A stretch of DNA of 36,723 nt from an uncultured Oscillospiraceae bacterium (GCA_964486785.1 CAZAOL010000001.1:1-36723); one strand, 5' to 3'. Counted from the first letter of the stretch, positions 9,608 through 18,797 are shown. The notes: a model not told the origin generated them from the sequence alone. Numbers and translations: made by a program.

Positions 9608-9661
9608 GCTACTTTTCTCCCTTCGATGCCGACACTACGGCAGTTTATAAATATTCATCTT

Positions 9662-9690
9662 ATTTTAACATGAATATCATTATAATTCAA
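9662..9690 (-). promoter_or_regulatory. SigA-type promoter of the left polysaccharide operon
   Basis: Minus strand TTGAAT-17 bp-TAAAAT with extended -10 TG, and an A/T tract upstream. Confidence 0.7.
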
Positions 9691-9739
9691 GAGAAAAAAA
9701 GAAACTCCTTAAAAAATGACAGCTCCGGTCGGATTCCGG

Positions 9740-9769
9740 TTGACGGGAGGCACGGAGCTGTGGTACAAT
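9740..9769 (+). promoter_or_regulatory. SigA-type promoter of the purine operon
   Basis: TTGACG (9740-9745)-18 bp-TACAAT (9764-9769) with extended TG; the predicted start lies just before the riboswitch P1. Confidence 0.75.
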
Positions 9770-9779
9770 GCCAAGGAAC

Positions 9780-9850
9780 GCCCGCGTTACTGACGGTTTT
9801 TAAGTGGAGCACCACACGGACCGCGGGTGAATATGCCGACCGTCTGGGCA
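9780..9850 (+). ncRNA. ZMP/ZTP riboswitch (pfl motif)
   Basis: P1 CCCGCG/CGCGGG; conserved ACTGACGG; P2 GTGG-AGCA-CCAC; linker; then GCCGACCGTCTGGGCA. GACGG is complementary to CCGTC (pseudoknot). Lies upstream of IMP cyclohydrolase/purH. Confidence 0.92.
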
Positions 9851-9884
9851 CACCTGCGCGTAAGCGGCTGGGTGTGCCTTTTTT
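9847..9884 (+). terminator. Riboswitch expression-platform intrinsic terminator
   Basis: GGCACACC (9847-9854) pairs with GGTGTGCC (9871-9878) and is followed by T6; the 5' arm overlaps the aptamer 3' end. Confidence 0.85.
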
Positions 9885-9894
9885 GGAGGTTTTT

Positions 9895-10593
9895 ATGGAT
9901 ACGATCACACAGCTTTTACAGGGCAATTCCTACCCCGGACGGGGGATTGTGCTGGGGGTGACCCCGGACGGGACCCATGGCGTGGCGGCCTATTTCATCA
10001 TGGGGCGCAGCGAAAACAGCCGAAACCGGGTATTCTCCGTCACCCCGGACGGGATCCGAACACAGGCGCACGATCCGGAGAAAATGACCGACCCCCATTT
10101 GATCATCTATCATCCGGTGCGGCAGGTGGAGCGGCGGCTTATCGTCACCAACGGCGACCAGACGGATACGCTGCGGGATTGCCTGCTTCGGGGAGGGGAC
10201 TGGCAGGCGGGATTGCGCCGCCGGGAGTTTGAAGACGACGCGCCCAACTGGACTCCCAGGATCTCCGGTATTCAGGAGCCTGACGGCAGCTATAAGCTGT
10301 CTGTTCTGAAGGCCGCCGACCCGGAGGGGACGGCATGTTTGCGGTTTTTCTACGAATATCCGGCTCGCGCCGGGGTGGGGCATTTCATAAGCACCTATCT
10401 GCATGATGGAGCTCCGCTGCCCTCTTTTCAGGGAGAACCCCGGCAGGTGGCGATGACGGATGATCTGGATGGATTCACGGACACACTGTGGAACGCCTTG
10501 GACAAGGACAATAAAATCTCTCTGTTCGTCCGCTATACGGATTTGGATACTGGGGCGTGGGAGCAGAGGATCGTGAATAAGCACGGTATTTAG
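9895..10593 (+). CDS. IMP cyclohydrolase, PurO-like
   Basis: Start re-called to ATG 9895 after GGAGG. YPGRGIVLG, YFIMGRSENSRNR, IVTNGDQTD and EDDAPNWTPRISG motifs; upstream of a PurH lacking its cyclohydrolase domain. Confidence 0.88.
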   Translation: MDTITQLLQGNSYPGRGIVLGVTPDGTHGVAAYFIMGRSENSRNRVFSVTPDGIRTQAHDPEKMTDPHLIIYHPVRQVERRLIVTNGDQTDTLRDCLLRGGDWQAGLRRREFEDDAPNWTPRISGIQEPDGSYKLSVLKAADPEGTACLRFFYEYPARAGVGHFISTYLHDGAPLPSFQGEPRQVAMTDDLDGFTDTLWNALDKDNKISLFVRYTDLDTGAWEQRIVNKHGI

Positions 10594-10646
10594 GCAGCGC
10601 AGCCGCCTGCGGCGGCACACGATGACAGAATTTTGGAGGTTTTATT

Positions 10647-11831
10647 ATGAAGGAATATTTACTGAAATACGGCTGTAATCCCAATCAGAAGCCGGCGTCC
10701 ATCTTCATGGAGGACGGCTCGGAGCTGCCGCTGCAGGTGCTCAACGGCAGACCGGGGTACATCAATTTTCTGGACGCCCTCAACGCGTGGCAGTTGGTCA
10801 AGGAGCTGAAGGAGGCTACGGGAATGTGCTGCGCCACCTCCTTTAAGCACGTTTCCCCCACCTCCGCGGCGGTGGGAAAGCCCCTGCCGGAGAGCCTGAA
10901 AAGGGCCTGCTTTGTGGAGGATGTGCAGGGGCTGGACGAAAGTCCTCTTGCCTGTGCCTACGCCCGTGCCAGAGGTACGGACCGGATGTGCTCCTTTGGC
11001 GATTGGGTGGCGTTGAGCGATGAATGTGACGCGCTGACCGCTTCGCTGATCGCCCGGGAGGTGTCGGACGGCGTGATCGCCCCCGGCTATACTCCGCAGG
11101 CGTTGGAGATCCTCAAGGGTAAGCGCAAAGGAAACTACAATATCGTGATAATCGACCCGGACTATGTCCCTCAGGAGCAGGAGACAAAGCAGGTTTTCGG
11201 CATCAGCTTCCGTCAGGGACGGAATGGGCAGAAGCTGGATTCTGACCTGCTGACGCAGGTGGTCACGGAAAACAAGCAGCTACCTGAGGAGGCGAAAACG
11301 GATCTTTTGGTGGCACTGATCACCCTGAAATATACCCAAAGCAATTCCGTCTGCTTTGCCTTCGACGGGCAGGCCATCGGCGTGGGCGCGGGGCAGCAGT
11401 CCCGGATCCACTGCACCCGTCTGGCGGGCACAAAGGCGGATACCTGGTTTCTGCGTCAGCATCCCAAGGTGCTGGCACTGCCCTTCCGCAGTGAGCTGGG
11501 CCGTCCGGACCGGGACAATGTGATCGATGGCTACATCAACGGCAACGAGGAGGATGTATGCGCTGAGGGGATCTGGCAGAGCTATTTCACCAGCCGTCCC
11601 CAGCCCCTGACCCCGGAGGAAAAACGGACGTATTTGGATGGGATCACCGGTGTGTCGCTGGGCTCGGATGCCTTCTTCCCCTTCTGCGACAATATCAAGC
11701 GGGCGGCGGCTTCCGGTGTAAGCTATATCGCCCAGCCCGGCGGCTCTATTCGGGACGATCTGGTGATCCGCTCCTGCGATGAGCGGGGAATCGCCATGGT
11801 GTTCACCGGCGTGCGGCTGTTTCATCACTAA
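10647..11831 (+). CDS. purH: AICAR transformylase (PurH C-terminal domain only)
   Basis: LKYGCNPNQ, YINFLDA, SFKHVSP, KYTQSNSV, GAGQQSRIHC, SDAFFPF, QPGGSIRD and RLFHH motifs; no N-terminal MGS-like domain. Confidence 0.93.
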   Translation: MKEYLLKYGCNPNQKPASIFMEDGSELPLQVLNGRPGYINFLDALNAWQLVKELKEATGMCCATSFKHVSPTSAAVGKPLPESLKRACFVEDVQGLDESPLACAYARARGTDRMCSFGDWVALSDECDALTASLIAREVSDGVIAPGYTPQALEILKGKRKGNYNIVIIDPDYVPQEQETKQVFGISFRQGRNGQKLDSDLLTQVVTENKQLPEEAKTDLLVALITLKYTQSNSVCFAFDGQAIGVGAGQQSRIHCTRLAGTKADTWFLRQHPKVLALPFRSELGRPDRDNVIDGYINGNEEDVCAEGIWQSYFTSRPQPLTPEEKRTYLDGITGVSLGSDAFFPFCDNIKRAAASGVSYIAQPGGSIRDDLVIRSCDERGIAMVFTGVRLFHH

Positions 11832-11834
11832 TAT

Positions 11835-11954
11835 GCGGGGGCATGACCGCGCCCTACGCCAGGCATAGCCTTGCCCCTCTCTTAAAAAGCGGGGGCTAAG
11901 GGCGCGGAGGAAGACGTGGGGGATTGCCACGGTCACGTTGCCCTCGCAATGACA
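11835..11954. repeat. Composite palindromic repeat cluster
   Basis: Degenerate GTAG-type unit at 11835-11857; CCCCTCTCTTAAAAAGCGGGGGCTAAGGGCGCGG at 11874-11907 (similar to 8304-8335); GGATTGCCAC...CTCGCAATGACA at 11921-11954. Confidence 0.7.
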
Positions 11955-12052
11955 CAAAAATGAGTGGCGCAAAAGCTTTCAACTGTCAATTGTCAATTCC
12001 CATGAGAGGCGTGGGGCGTGGGATTTACAAAAGCTTCCAATTTTATAGGATT

Positions 12053-12080
12053 AGAGCGTGTTTTCGGACACGCTCTTTTC
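12053..12080 (+). terminator. Intrinsic terminator after the purine operon
   Basis: AGAGCGTGT-TTTCGG-ACACGCTCT stem followed by a short T-run. Confidence 0.7.
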
Positions 12081-12111
12081 ATATTAGATTTATTTTCTTG
12101 CCGTAAAAGCC

Positions 12112-12140
12112 TTGCAAAGCCCGTTGGAATGTGGTATGAT
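12112..12140 (+). promoter_or_regulatory. SigA-type promoter of the right polysaccharide operon
   Basis: TTGCAA (12112-12117)-17 bp-TATGAT (12135-12140) with extended -10 TG. Confidence 0.75.
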
Positions 12141-12210
12141 TCTTTTACGATAGGATTATTATCGGGAATTATGGGCATAGCTCCCGATAACAGGATGGAG
12201 AGAACAGCAC

Positions 12211-12831
12211 GTGTATAAAAAATATATAAAAAGACTGCTTGATATTGTGATGGCTGCGGTGGGGCTGGCGGTGCTGGCACTGCCTATGCTGGTGATCGCG
12301 CTTCTGGTCAAGCTGGATTCTCCCGGACCGGTGCTGTTCCGGCAAAGACGGCTGGGACTTCACGGAAAAGAATTTGATATGATCAAGTTCCGCAGTATGT
12401 GCGTGGACGCGGAGCATATGGGCAGTGGCGTGTATTCCGGCAAGGGTGACGAGCGTGTCACCAAGGTGGGCAGAATCCTCCGCGCCACCAGCTTAGATGA
12501 GCTGCCCCAGTTTTTTAACATTCTTCGGGGAGATATGAGCTTCGTAGGCCCCCGTCCGCCCCTGACCTACCATCCGTGGCCCATTGAGGAATACACCGAA
12601 AGGCAGCTCCAAATGTTTCAGGTGCGCCCCGGTATCACCGGCTGGGCGCAGGTCAACGGCCGCAAGGAGGTTCTGTGGCCCAAGCGTATCGAGATGAACA
12701 TCTGGTATGGAGAAAATATGTCCCCGTGGCTGGATTTGAAGATCCTGTTCCTGACCGTGGGCCGGGTGTTTACCAACGCCAACAATAACAATGTGGGTGC
12801 TACCGTGGAAAAAGAGGAGCAGCACAAATAA
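12211..12831 (+). CDS. Priming phosphoglycosyl transferase (second paralog)
   Basis: GTG start; [35 protein letters not shown] and [13 protein letters not shown] motifs. Confidence 0.93.
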   Translation: MYKKYIKRLLDIVMAAVGLAVLALPMLVIALLVKLDSPGPVLFRQRRLGLHGKEFDMIKFRSMCVDAEHMGSGVYSGKGDERVTKVGRILRATSLDELPQFFNILRGDMSFVGPRPPLTYHPWPIEEYTERQLQMFQVRPGITGWAQVNGRKEVLWPKRIEMNIWYGENMSPWLDLKILFLTVGRVFTNANNNNVGATVEKEEQHK

Positions 12832-12842
12832 GGAGGGGCATA

Positions 12843-13673
12843 ATGTCTCTTAAGCTGATGTATATCACAGAAAGTCCGGCGATTGCCGAAATCGCCCAAA
12901 GCGCGGGCGTGGATCGGATTTTTGTGGACATGGAATATATCGGAAAGGCTCAGCGTCAGGGCGGCATGGACACCGTACAGTCCGGGCATACCCTTGAGGA
13001 TGTGGCCGCTGTCCGTAAGGCCGTCACTACGGCGCAGCTTATGGTCCGGTGCAATCCCATTCATGAGGCCACGGCGGAATATACTTCCTCCGAGGAAGAA
13101 ATTGAGGGGATCATAGCCCGGGGCGCGGATGTCATCATGCTGCCGTATTTTAAGACGGTGGAGGAGGTTCGCCGCTTTGTGGAGCTGGTGGACGGAAGAG
13201 CGATCACCCTGCCGCTGGTGGAAACCCCGGAGGCGGTGGACTGCATTGACGAGATTTTGGCACTGGAGGGCATTGACGAGATTTTCGTAGGTCTGAACGA
13301 TTTGAGCCTTGGTTATCGTCAAAAATTTATGTTTGAGCCTTTGGCGGACGGCACGGTGGACCGGCTTTGCGAAAAATTCCAAAGCAAGGGAATCCCCTAC
13401 GGCTTCGGCGGCATCGCGTCGCTGGGAAAGGGAATGCTGCCGTCGGAGTATGTGATTCGGGAGCATTACCGCTTAGGCTCTACCTGCGCCATCCTGTCCA
13501 GAAGCTTCTGCAATGCCAAGCTTATTGCGGATTTGGAGCAGGTTCGGGATATTTTCTGCAAGGGCGTTGCCGACATTCGCCGGTTTGAGGCGGAGTGCGC
13601 CGTCCATCCGGAGCTGTTTGAGGAAAACCGAAAGCAGGTTTGCCAAATCGTTCAAAAGATCAAGGAAGGCTGA
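12843..13673 (+). CDS. HpcH/HpaI aldolase / citrate lyase family protein
   Basis: GVDRIFVDME, VIMLPYFKT, LPLVETPEAV, IDEIFVGLNDL motifs; strong RBS AAGGAGG. Confidence 0.8.
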   Translation: MSLKLMYITESPAIAEIAQSAGVDRIFVDMEYIGKAQRQGGMDTVQSGHTLEDVAAVRKAVTTAQLMVRCNPIHEATAEYTSSEEEIEGIIARGADVIMLPYFKTVEEVRRFVELVDGRAITLPLVETPEAVDCIDEILALEGIDEIFVGLNDLSLGYRQKFMFEPLADGTVDRLCEKFQSKGIPYGFGGIASLGKGMLPSEYVIREHYRLGSTCAILSRSFCNAKLIADLEQVRDIFCKGVADIRRFEAECAVHPELFEENRKQVCQIVQKIKEG

Positions 13674-13698
13674 ACCCGGGGCACAGGAGGAAATCATC

Positions 13699-14595
13699 AT
13701 GAGACTTTTGGTCACCGGCGCGGCGCAGCTCTCTCAGGAGCGGCTGGACAGTCTGACCGCCGCGGGGCATGAGGTCTGGTTTTTGCAGCAGGAGGCAGAT
13801 GCCTTGCCCCTGCCCTGTGAAAAAATAGAGGGTGTTATCTGCAACGGCTTGTTTATGCACCATGACGCGGAGGATTTTACCGCCTTGCGGTATGTGCAGC
13901 TTACCAGCGCGGGCTTTGACCGGGTGCCGCTGGAGCATTTGACGGGCAGAGGGATCACCGTGCGAAATGCCCGGGGGGTGTACAGCATCCCTATGGCGGA
14001 GTATGCCGTGGGCGGTGTGCTGCAGCTATACAAGGGCTTGGAAACGGCGGCGCGGCAGCAAAGAGCCCATCTTTGGCAAAAGCAGCGTTCCCTGCGGGAG
14101 CTGAGCGGCAAGCGGGTGTGTATCGTAGGCTGCGGCAGTGTGGGCACGGAGTGCGCCAAGCGGTTTGCCGCCTTTGGCTGCCGGGTCACCGGGGTGGATA
14201 TTCTGCCGGAGGAAAAGCCCGGCTTTGATAGCGTTTTACCGCTGGAGCGTCTGACGGACGCTGCGGCGCAGGCGGATATTCTTGTGCTTTGCCTTCCGTT
14301 GACGGAGCAGACAAGGTATTTGATAGATGAAAACATTCTTGCCGCCCTGCCCGATGGCGCGGTGGTGGTAAACATCGCCCGTGGAGCGGTGGTGGACACT
14401 CGGGCGCTGCTGGCGGAGCTGCAAAGCAAGCGGCTGCAGGCGGTGCTGGATGTATTTGAAGAAGAACCTCTGCCGCCGGACAGTCCCCTTTGGGACACGG
14501 AGGGCGTTGTTGTCACGCCCCACAACAGCTTTGTGGGCGAGGGCTGCGGGGATCGGCTTTGGCAAGTTATTCAAGAGGGCTTGGAAGGTAGATAA
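13699..14595 (+). CDS. D-isomer-specific 2-hydroxyacid dehydrogenase
   Basis: Start re-called to ATG 13699 after AGGAGG. SAGFD, IVGCGSVG (Rossmann), VNIARGAVVD, LDVFEEEPLP and VTPHNS motifs. Confidence 0.9.
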   Translation: MRLLVTGAAQLSQERLDSLTAAGHEVWFLQQEADALPLPCEKIEGVICNGLFMHHDAEDFTALRYVQLTSAGFDRVPLEHLTGRGITVRNARGVYSIPMAEYAVGGVLQLYKGLETAARQQRAHLWQKQRSLRELSGKRVCIVGCGSVGTECAKRFAAFGCRVTGVDILPEEKPGFDSVLPLERLTDAAAQADILVLCLPLTEQTRYLIDENILAALPDGAVVVNIARGAVVDTRALLAELQSKRLQAVLDVFEEEPLPPDSPLWDTEGVVVTPHNSFVGEGCGDRLWQVIQEGLEGR

Positions 14596-14596
14596 T

Positions 14597-15718
14597 ATGG
14601 GGTCGAAAACGATCTTAATATTGGTAAATAAGGAAACCACCATTTTGAACTTCCGTCTTGAGGTGGTGGCGGCACTGGTGGAGGCGGGCTACCGGGTGGT
14701 AGTGTCCGTGCCTCAGGGTCAGCGGCTAGATCAGATTCGGGCAGTGGGCGCGGAGATTTTGGTAACGCCTATGAACAAGGATTCCACAGATCCGGTGCAC
14801 GATCTGGCTCTGCTGCGTACCTACCGGAAAATGATCCGGGATACCGGGGCGGATATGGTGATGACCTACACCATCAAGCCCAATGTTTACGGGGGCATGG
14901 CGGCGGCTTCTATGGGCGTGCCGTATTTGGCCACCATCACCGGTTTGGGCACCGCGCTGGAAAGCAAGGGTGTCATGCGGAAGCTGGCACTGCTGCTGTA
15001 CCGCGCCGGTTTTCGGAAAATCTCCAAGGTGTTCTTCCAAAATGCCCAAAATATGGCCTTTTTTCAGGAACACAAGCTGGCGGCGGATAAGGGCGAGCTG
15101 ATTGCCGGCTCCGGCGTGAACTTAGACAAATTCTGTCCCCAGCCCTACCCGGACACCGGCACGTTGGAATTCGGCTTCATTTCCCGAATCCGCAAGGAAA
15201 AGGGCATCGAGGAATTTTTGGAGGCCGCCCGATACATAAAGGAAAAATACCCCAACACCCGCTTCCATGTCTGCGGCTTCGGGGATGAATATTATGAAGG
15301 CCGGATGGCACAGCTCCATGATGAGGGGCTGATACACTACCACGGACTGCAAACCGATGTGCGGGTAGTGCTGCGGCAGGTGCATTGTGTGGTGCATCCC
15401 ACCTTCTACCCGGAGGGCATGAGCAATGTACTGCTGGAAAGTGCCGCTTCCTGCCGGGCTTTGATCACCACCGACCGTCCCGGCTGCCGTGAGGCGGTGG
15501 AGGACGGGGTCAACGGCTATCTTGTGAAAGAGCGCGATGCCAAGGATCTGATCGAAAAGCTGGAACGCTTCCTCTCTCTAAGCCGGGAGGAGCAGCTCCG
15601 GATGGGTCAGCTTGGCAGAGAGAAAATGATTCGGGAATTCGACCGCCGGGAGGTGGCCGCCCGGTATGTGGCGGCGGCGGAGGAGCTGATTGGGCTTCCC
15701 GTGAAGGAGTACGCATGA
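14597..15718 (+). CDS. Family 4 glycosyltransferase (PglA/CapM-like, second paralog)
   Basis: Start re-called to ATG 14597. TYTIKPNVYGG, ITGLGTA, GSGVNL, EKGIEEF and EGMSNVLLE motifs; clearly homologous to 5901-6977. Confidence 0.9.
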   Translation: MGSKTILILVNKETTILNFRLEVVAALVEAGYRVVVSVPQGQRLDQIRAVGAEILVTPMNKDSTDPVHDLALLRTYRKMIRDTGADMVMTYTIKPNVYGGMAAASMGVPYLATITGLGTALESKGVMRKLALLLYRAGFRKISKVFFQNAQNMAFFQEHKLAADKGELIAGSGVNLDKFCPQPYPDTGTLEFGFISRIRKEKGIEEFLEAARYIKEKYPNTRFHVCGFGDEYYEGRMAQLHDEGLIHYHGLQTDVRVVLRQVHCVVHPTFYPEGMSNVLLESAASCRALITTDRPGCREAVEDGVNGYLVKERDAKDLIEKLERFLSLSREEQLRMGQLGREKMIREFDRREVAARYVAAAEELIGLPVKEYA

Positions 15719-16620
15719 ATTTTTACAAAAAAATTTTTCGCAACAAAAGAATGAGATTCCGTATCCTTCGGGCGATGCGTTTTATTCCCGACAAGCAGAT
15801 GCTTTCCATACAATATTTTGTGAAGCATCACCGCAGGCTGAATCTGAAAGACCCCAAGCGGTACACCGAGAAAATGCAGTGGTTCAAGCTGTACTACCGC
15901 AATCCCCTGATGCAGCAATGCGCCGACAAATATCAGGTGCGTGCCTATGTGGAAGGTAAGGGGCTGGGGCATATCCTCAACGACCTGTACGCGGTGTTCC
16001 CCACGGCGGAGGATGTTACCCTTGAGGGACTTCCTCAGGAATTTGTGCTGAAGCTGAGCAACGGCAGCAGCACCAATCTGCTGGTGAAGGACAAGCAGGC
16101 TCTGGATCTGGAGCAGGTCAAGGAGCAGGTGCGGGCGTTCTACGCCCAAAGCGGCAGCTCCGCCGGACGGGAGTGGGTCTACCGCACAGGGGAAAAGCCG
16201 GTGGTGATTGCCGAGCGGTATCTCCACGATTCCACCCAGACGGACGGCTCTTTGAGAGATTACAAAATCTTGTGCTTCGGCGGCAAGCCGGAATACATCA
16301 TTTGCGTGGACGGCCGGGGCACGGAGCACTACTGCCATGTGGTCTATGACGCCGGGTGGAACAAGCTGCCGGTGGTGATCGGTCATTCCTCCGCGGATCC
16401 GGATATCCCCAAGCCGGAGAAGCTGGATCAGATGCTGGAAATCGCGGAAACGCTGTCGGCGGATTTCCCGGCGGCACGGATCGATTTGTATAACCTTGAG
16501 GGGCAGATCCTCTTTGGCGAGATCACCTTCTTCCCGTGGAGCGGGTATATGGAATTCAACCCGGATTCCTTTGATTACACGTTGGGAGAGAAGTTCGTGC
16601 TTCCTCAGAGGAATGTTTGA
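15715..16620 (+). CDS. TupA-like ATP-grasp amidoligase
   Basis: LNLKDPKRYTEKMQWFKL, ADKYQVRAYV, LPQEFVLK, DYKILCFGG and RIDLY...FGEITFFPWSG motifs. Confidence 0.88.
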   Translation: MNFYKKIFRNKRMRFRILRAMRFIPDKQMLSIQYFVKHHRRLNLKDPKRYTEKMQWFKLYYRNPLMQQCADKYQVRAYVEGKGLGHILNDLYAVFPTAEDVTLEGLPQEFVLKLSNGSSTNLLVKDKQALDLEQVKEQVRAFYAQSGSSAGREWVYRTGEKPVVIAERYLHDSTQTDGSLRDYKILCFGGKPEYIICVDGRGTEHYCHVVYDAGWNKLPVVIGHSSADPDIPKPEKLDQMLEIAETLSADFPAARIDLYNLEGQILFGEITFFPWSGYMEFNPDSFDYTLGEKFVLPQRNV

Positions 16621-16649
16621 CAGAACCTCTCCGGCACTGCTCACGGCAA

Positions 16650-16673
16650 GGACCGTCGGGGACGCCGGTCTAC
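16650..16673 (-). repeat. Degenerate GTAG-type REP-like palindrome
   Basis: Minus strand GTAGACCGGCGTCCCCGACGGTCC, an imperfect hairpin in the intergenic region. Confidence 0.5.
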
Positions 16674-16728
16674 AAGGGTTCTTTCATAACAATAACAGGG
16701 TTTTCAGGAGATATGTAGGAGGCTTCGG

Positions 16729-17676
16729 ATGGAAGCAGAATTTATGCCAAAGGTATCCATTGTGATACCGGTATATAATGGAGCGAACTACTTAAAGCAG
16801 GCCATCGACTGCGCGTTGGCGCAGACCTACCCCAATGTGGAGGTAATCGTGGTCAACGACGGCTCCTGCGATGACGGTGCTACGGAGCGTGTGGCTCTGA
16901 GCTACGGGGAAAAGATCCGCTATTTCTCCAAGGAAAACGGCGGCGTTTCCTCTGCCCTGAACTGGGGTATCCGCCATATGGAGGGGGAATACTTTTCGTG
17001 GCTTTCCCATGACGACGGGTATGAGCTGGAGAAGGTTGCCGGTTCCGTGGCGTATTTGGCGGCTATGGGGGCAGACCCTAAGTGCGTTGCCATGTGCGGC
17101 GCGTATTATATTGATGCTCAGGGACGCAGGCTGCGGAATATGGACTATCCCTTCGAGGAAAACCGGGTGTATTCCGGTGTCGAGGTGATCCACAGCATCC
17201 TGAAGCACGGTATGCTCAATGCCTGCTGTACGCTGATCCCCAAGGCGGCCTTTGAGGAATGTGGCTGTTTTGAGGAGGATCTTCGGTACAATCAGGACGC
17301 GCTGATGTGGTATCGGATCTTCAGCGGCGGCTACAGCCTGATCTGCCAGCCGAAGCATTACCATGTGATGTACCGGCTCCATGGGGCACAGACCTCCAAA
17401 ACCCGCCGGGATCTGCTTTTGAGAGACTCCTACGCCATGAGCGTTTTGATCGCGCCTACCATGGCGGCTATGAGCAGCCGGGAGTATCCGCTTCTGCGGC
17501 TGTTTGCCCTGCGCCACGCCAGACATGACTGCAAGGACGCGGTGGAGGAGTGCGTAAGAGTAGGCAAGGAAGCCAAGGTGCTGAGCTGGTGGGATATAAC
17601 GCGTATCCGGCTGGGGCTGCTTTGGGGGAAATGCAGAAATGTGCTGAAAAAGATATATCATCTCCGTATTAGGTGA
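16729..17676 (+). CDS. Family 2 glycosyltransferase
   Basis: VSIVIPVYNG, VVNDGS, KENGGVSSALN and WLSHDD motifs; AGGAGG RBS. Alternative start at 16744. Confidence 0.9.
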   Translation: MEAEFMPKVSIVIPVYNGANYLKQAIDCALAQTYPNVEVIVVNDGSCDDGATERVALSYGEKIRYFSKENGGVSSALNWGIRHMEGEYFSWLSHDDGYELEKVAGSVAYLAAMGADPKCVAMCGAYYIDAQGRRLRNMDYPFEENRVYSGVEVIHSILKHGMLNACCTLIPKAAFEECGCFEEDLRYNQDALMWYRIFSGGYSLICQPKHYHVMYRLHGAQTSKTRRDLLLRDSYAMSVLIAPTMAAMSSREYPLLRLFALRHARHDCKDAVEECVRVGKEAKVLSWWDITRIRLGLLWGKCRNVLKKIYHLRIR

Positions 17677-17708
17677 GTTTTGATTGCTGGCAGAGGGTAG
17701 AGATTGAC

Positions 17709-18797
17709 ATGCTTCCTTATTACTTGATGGTGCTGACACCTGTGCTGTTTTCGCTGATATATTGGCGGTACAGAGTTCAGGTAAGCCGCGCCACGGAAAA
17801 AAAGAATATTGCGGTTGCCGTGTTTTTTGCCATCTACTTTCTGCTGCTGGCACTGCGACATGAAACGATCGGCTCGGACACAGTGCGGTATCTGTATCAT
17901 TTTGAGCAGATGCAGCAGACCACCTTAACTGAGCTGCTGTCTTCCGGACGGTCGGATTTGGGCTATTACCTGCTGACGCTGGTGCTTAAATGGCTTCCGC
18001 CTCAGTTGTTTTTGGGCGTGGTGGCGGCTCTGTGTGTGATACCGCTGGGATATTTCTATTATAAGGAATCCGAGGGGCCGCTGACCAGCATGGTGCTGTT
18101 TCTGACCTTCCCGGTGTTCATGATGGGCTTTTCCGGCGTGCGTCAAATGCTTGCCATTGCCTTGGGTGTTCCGGCGTTTTACTACGCCAAGGACAGGAAG
18201 CTGGTGAAATTCCTGTTGATTACGCTGCTGGCAATCCTGATGCACCACTCCGCGTTTATGCTGCTGCTGATTTATCCGGTGTGCCGCGCGCGGCTGCGTC
18301 CCCGGGACTTGCTTTGGCTGATACCGATTTTCGCGTTTGTACTGCTCTTTAGCCAGAGCATTTTCGCCTCGGTGATTCAGATTGCGGCATCCTTGCTGGG
18401 CGGTGAGTACGCAGACTATGAGATCACCCAGACCGGCGCGTACACCATGATTATGCTGCTGTCGCTGCTGCTGGCGTATTCCTTCCTGATCCCGGATGAG
18501 GAGGAAATCGATGAAACCACCCGGATGCTGCGAAATTTGCTGGCACTGGCGGTGCTGTTGCAGTTGTTTACGCCGCTGAGCCCCCTGGTCATGCGGCTGA
18601 ACTATTATTTCCTGATTTTTATTCCAATACTGATTCCCAAGGTAACCAACCGGTGTACCAAGCTGAACCGGCAGTATCTGACGGTGATCCGGGTAGTGAT
18701 TTTCCTGTTCTTCGGGGTGTATTTCTTCTATAAAGCTTCCCATACGGACAGCCTGAACATTTATCCGTATATTGCGTTTTGGGAAGAGCTTGTGTAG
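17709..18797 (+). CDS. EpsG-family polysaccharide polymerase (second)
   Basis: Multi-TM; LRHETIGSDTVRY, RQMLAIAL, MHHSA and RLNYYF motifs. ATG 17709 preferred over GTG 17673. Confidence 0.85.
   Translation: MLPYYLMVLTPVLFSLIYWRYRVQVSRATEKKNIAVAVFFAIYFLLLALRHETIGSDTVRYLYHFEQMQQTTLTELLSSGRSDLGYYLLTLVLKWLPPQLFLGVVAALCVIPLGYFYYKESEGPLTSMVLFLTFPVFMMGFSGVRQMLAIALGVPAFYYAKDRKLVKFLLITLLAILMHHSAFMLLLIYPVCRARLRPRDLLWLIPIFAFVLLFSQSIFASVIQIAASLLGGEYADYEITQTGAYTMIMLLSLLLAYSFLIPDEEEIDETTRMLRNLLALAVLLQLFTPLSPLVMRLNYYFLIFIPILIPKVTNRCTKLNRQYLTVIRVVIFLFFGVYFFYKASHTDSLNIYPYIAFWEELV

Noticed and set aside
9670..9894. N-terminal extensions in the ORF track (also 7223, 8333, 13513, 14381, 23780 and 35083 starts)
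   Set aside because: They run through promoters, the riboswitch, repeats or upstream genes; downstream ATGs match family N-termini and have an RBS or stop-start coupling.
11958..11999. TTCAACTGTCAATTGTCAATT heptamer-like run near 11978-11998
   Set aside because: Only about three degenerate units; too short to support a function.
9607..12211. Invertible promoter or shufflon switching between the two loci
   Set aside because: No recombinase in the window and no inverted repeats found by eye around the promoters; the shared repeats at 8304 and 11874 are direct and imperfect.
11924..12417. Short ORFs in the purH-sugar transferase spacer
   Set aside because: They overlap repeats, a terminator and a promoter, and lack an RBS or protein-like features.
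15727..15733. A7/T7 homopolymers (also near 8844, 17797 and 28020) as phase-variation tracts
   Set aside because: Short runs expected from Lys/Phe codons; all reading frames are intact.
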